This document shows, one piece after another, positions 51,027 through 51,816 of a stretch of DNA of 51,816 bases. This DNA is from an uncultured Candidatus Saccharibacteria bacterium (lineage in GTDB: Bacteria; Patescibacteriota; Minisyncoccia; Phycocordibacterales; Phycocordibacteraceae). The notes under the pieces were generated by a model that ran no database searches, was not told the origin of the DNA, and saw only the letters and a list, made by a program, of their open reading frames with translations. The translations under genes were made by a program, and so were the position numbers. The stretch's first letter is position 1. Every line of letters begins with the position of its first letter. Location: contig CAZMTN010000003.1 in the NCBI GenBank assembly GCA_964569655.1, positions 1-51,816 on the forward strand. The letters run 5' to 3'.

Positions 51027-51808
51027 AGGGCGTCGGGCGCGACGGAAACCCACGTGAGCGAGAAGAGATTAGCGGCGGGCTGCACCCGCAGGATGACCGA
51101 AGGCGTCGCCGCGTCGCTGTCGAGCCGGAGCACGGTTCCGATACGCAGCGAGTTCGAGAGATAGACCGCATCGCCTACATTGATGAGCGCTTCCTTGGGC
51201 GCCACCGCATCGAACGCTCCCCCGCCGCTACCGGTAAGCGTAATCGCGAGACGCTCCTCACCGACCCACGCCACCGAGGAGAAGCCAGGAGCAGAATAGA
51301 GGAGCGCGCGCGAAGACGAGCGCTCCACCGAGGTGATACTGCCGATCGGCGTGCCTCCCGGACCCGATACGACCGCCCCAACCTTCACGCCCGCGTCCGA
51401 CCCCTGATCAAGGAGCAGGGTGTCGTACGGGCTCATCGGCGGACGGGATACCACCGCGGCGACGATGCCCCTCGCCGGCTCCGCGCGCTCGCCGAGGAGC
51501 CGCTGCAGATCCGCAGCCCTCGCCGCGAGCGCTGCGTTCTGCTCGATAAGGATGGCGTTGTTCGCGTTCGCCGCGTCGAGCGCTCGCTGGAGCGTCGCCG
51601 GATTCCTGAAGGTCGCGGTCGCGTCGCTCGCGGCAGCCGCAGCGAGATTAGAGACATGCGAGACCGGCGAAAGTATGGAAACGAGGAAATCGGGCGCGAA
51701 CAAGCGCATAAGAATGAACAGCAGCGCAAGCCCTACCGCCCCCGCAGCGAACGGCGAGAAGGAACGCGGCAAGAAGGCGTTACGCCTCGCGAAGGACATC
51801 CTCTTCAT
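51023..51808 (-). CDS. mreC: Rod shape-determining protein MreC
   Basis: TM, coiled coil, A-VVSRPP-SPYD-LLLD-G-DAGV-VG, IG-I-V; start 51808 or 51799. Confidence 0.88.
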   Translation of the reverse strand: MKRMSFARRNAFLPRSFSPFAAGAVGLALLFILMRLFAPDFLVSILSPVSHVSNLAAAAASDATATFRNPATLQRALDAANANNAILIEQNAALAARAADLQRLLGERAEPARGIVAAVVSRPPMSPYDTLLLDQGSDAGVKVGAVVSGPGGTPIGSITSVERSSSRALLYSAPGFSSVAWVGEERLAITLTGSGGGAFDAVAPKEALINVGDAVYLSNSLRIGTVLRLDSDAATPSVILRVQPAANLFSLTWVSVAPDAL

Positions 51809-51816
51809 CGATGAAT

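Noticed and set aside
112-51808. Many long antisense or alternate-frame ORFs (e.g. 112..1158 N-terminal part, 1934..3157, 15753..17027, 20911..22311, 25640..27034, 37251..38501)
   Set aside because: Shadow ORFs of GC-rich genes; they overlap motif-supported genes and are rich in Arg/Ala/Leu/Val with no family motifs
1-51816. CRISPR arrays, integrases, transposases, prophage genes, introns
   Set aside because: No regularly spaced repeats, recombinase motifs or structural phage genes were seen; the hairpins differ in sequence and behave as terminators
1-51816. Alternative genetic code (UGA=Gly, code 25)
   Set aside because: Conserved genes (aspS, cysS, mreC, rmuC) end at TGA at the expected lengths, and no gene is broken by TGA

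Overview
A 51.8-kb, GC-rich, gene-dense stretch of core chromosome, most likely from a Patescibacteria (CPR) genome of the Parcubacteria type. This is an inference from gene content and style: archaeal-type AspRS, class I LysRS, many pilin-like genes, bL9 present, and TGA used as stop. It holds five aminoacyl-tRNA synthetases (trpS, aspS, cysS, gltX, lysS), two tRNAs, rplU/rpmA/rplI, dnaB-recR, scpA/scpB and greA. It also holds a split division/cell-wall cluster (mraZ-rsmH-ftsL-ftsI-murF, murG, mraY-ftsW, mreC-mrdA), two type IV pilus modules, several secreted proteins and about a dozen solitary orphan ORFs. No CRISPR, integrase, transposase or prophage was seen. Most notable observations: (1) about 20 conserved or operon-first genes have a TAnnnT box only 6-9 nt before the start codon and no usable Shine-Dalgarno (apparently leaderless), while the orphans have longer leaders with SD motifs; (2) two non-coding, strongly self-complementary candidate RNAs (24073-24165 and 33612-33909); (3) a shared (Q/E)VLG(A/E) linker motif in three neighbouring envelope proteins; (4) pilin genes embedded in the dcw operon, one lacking a prepilin leader; (5) orphans with a C-terminal clamp-binding-like motif or a 90-aa internal duplication. 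All family calls come from recognising motifs by eye, and no database searches were run.
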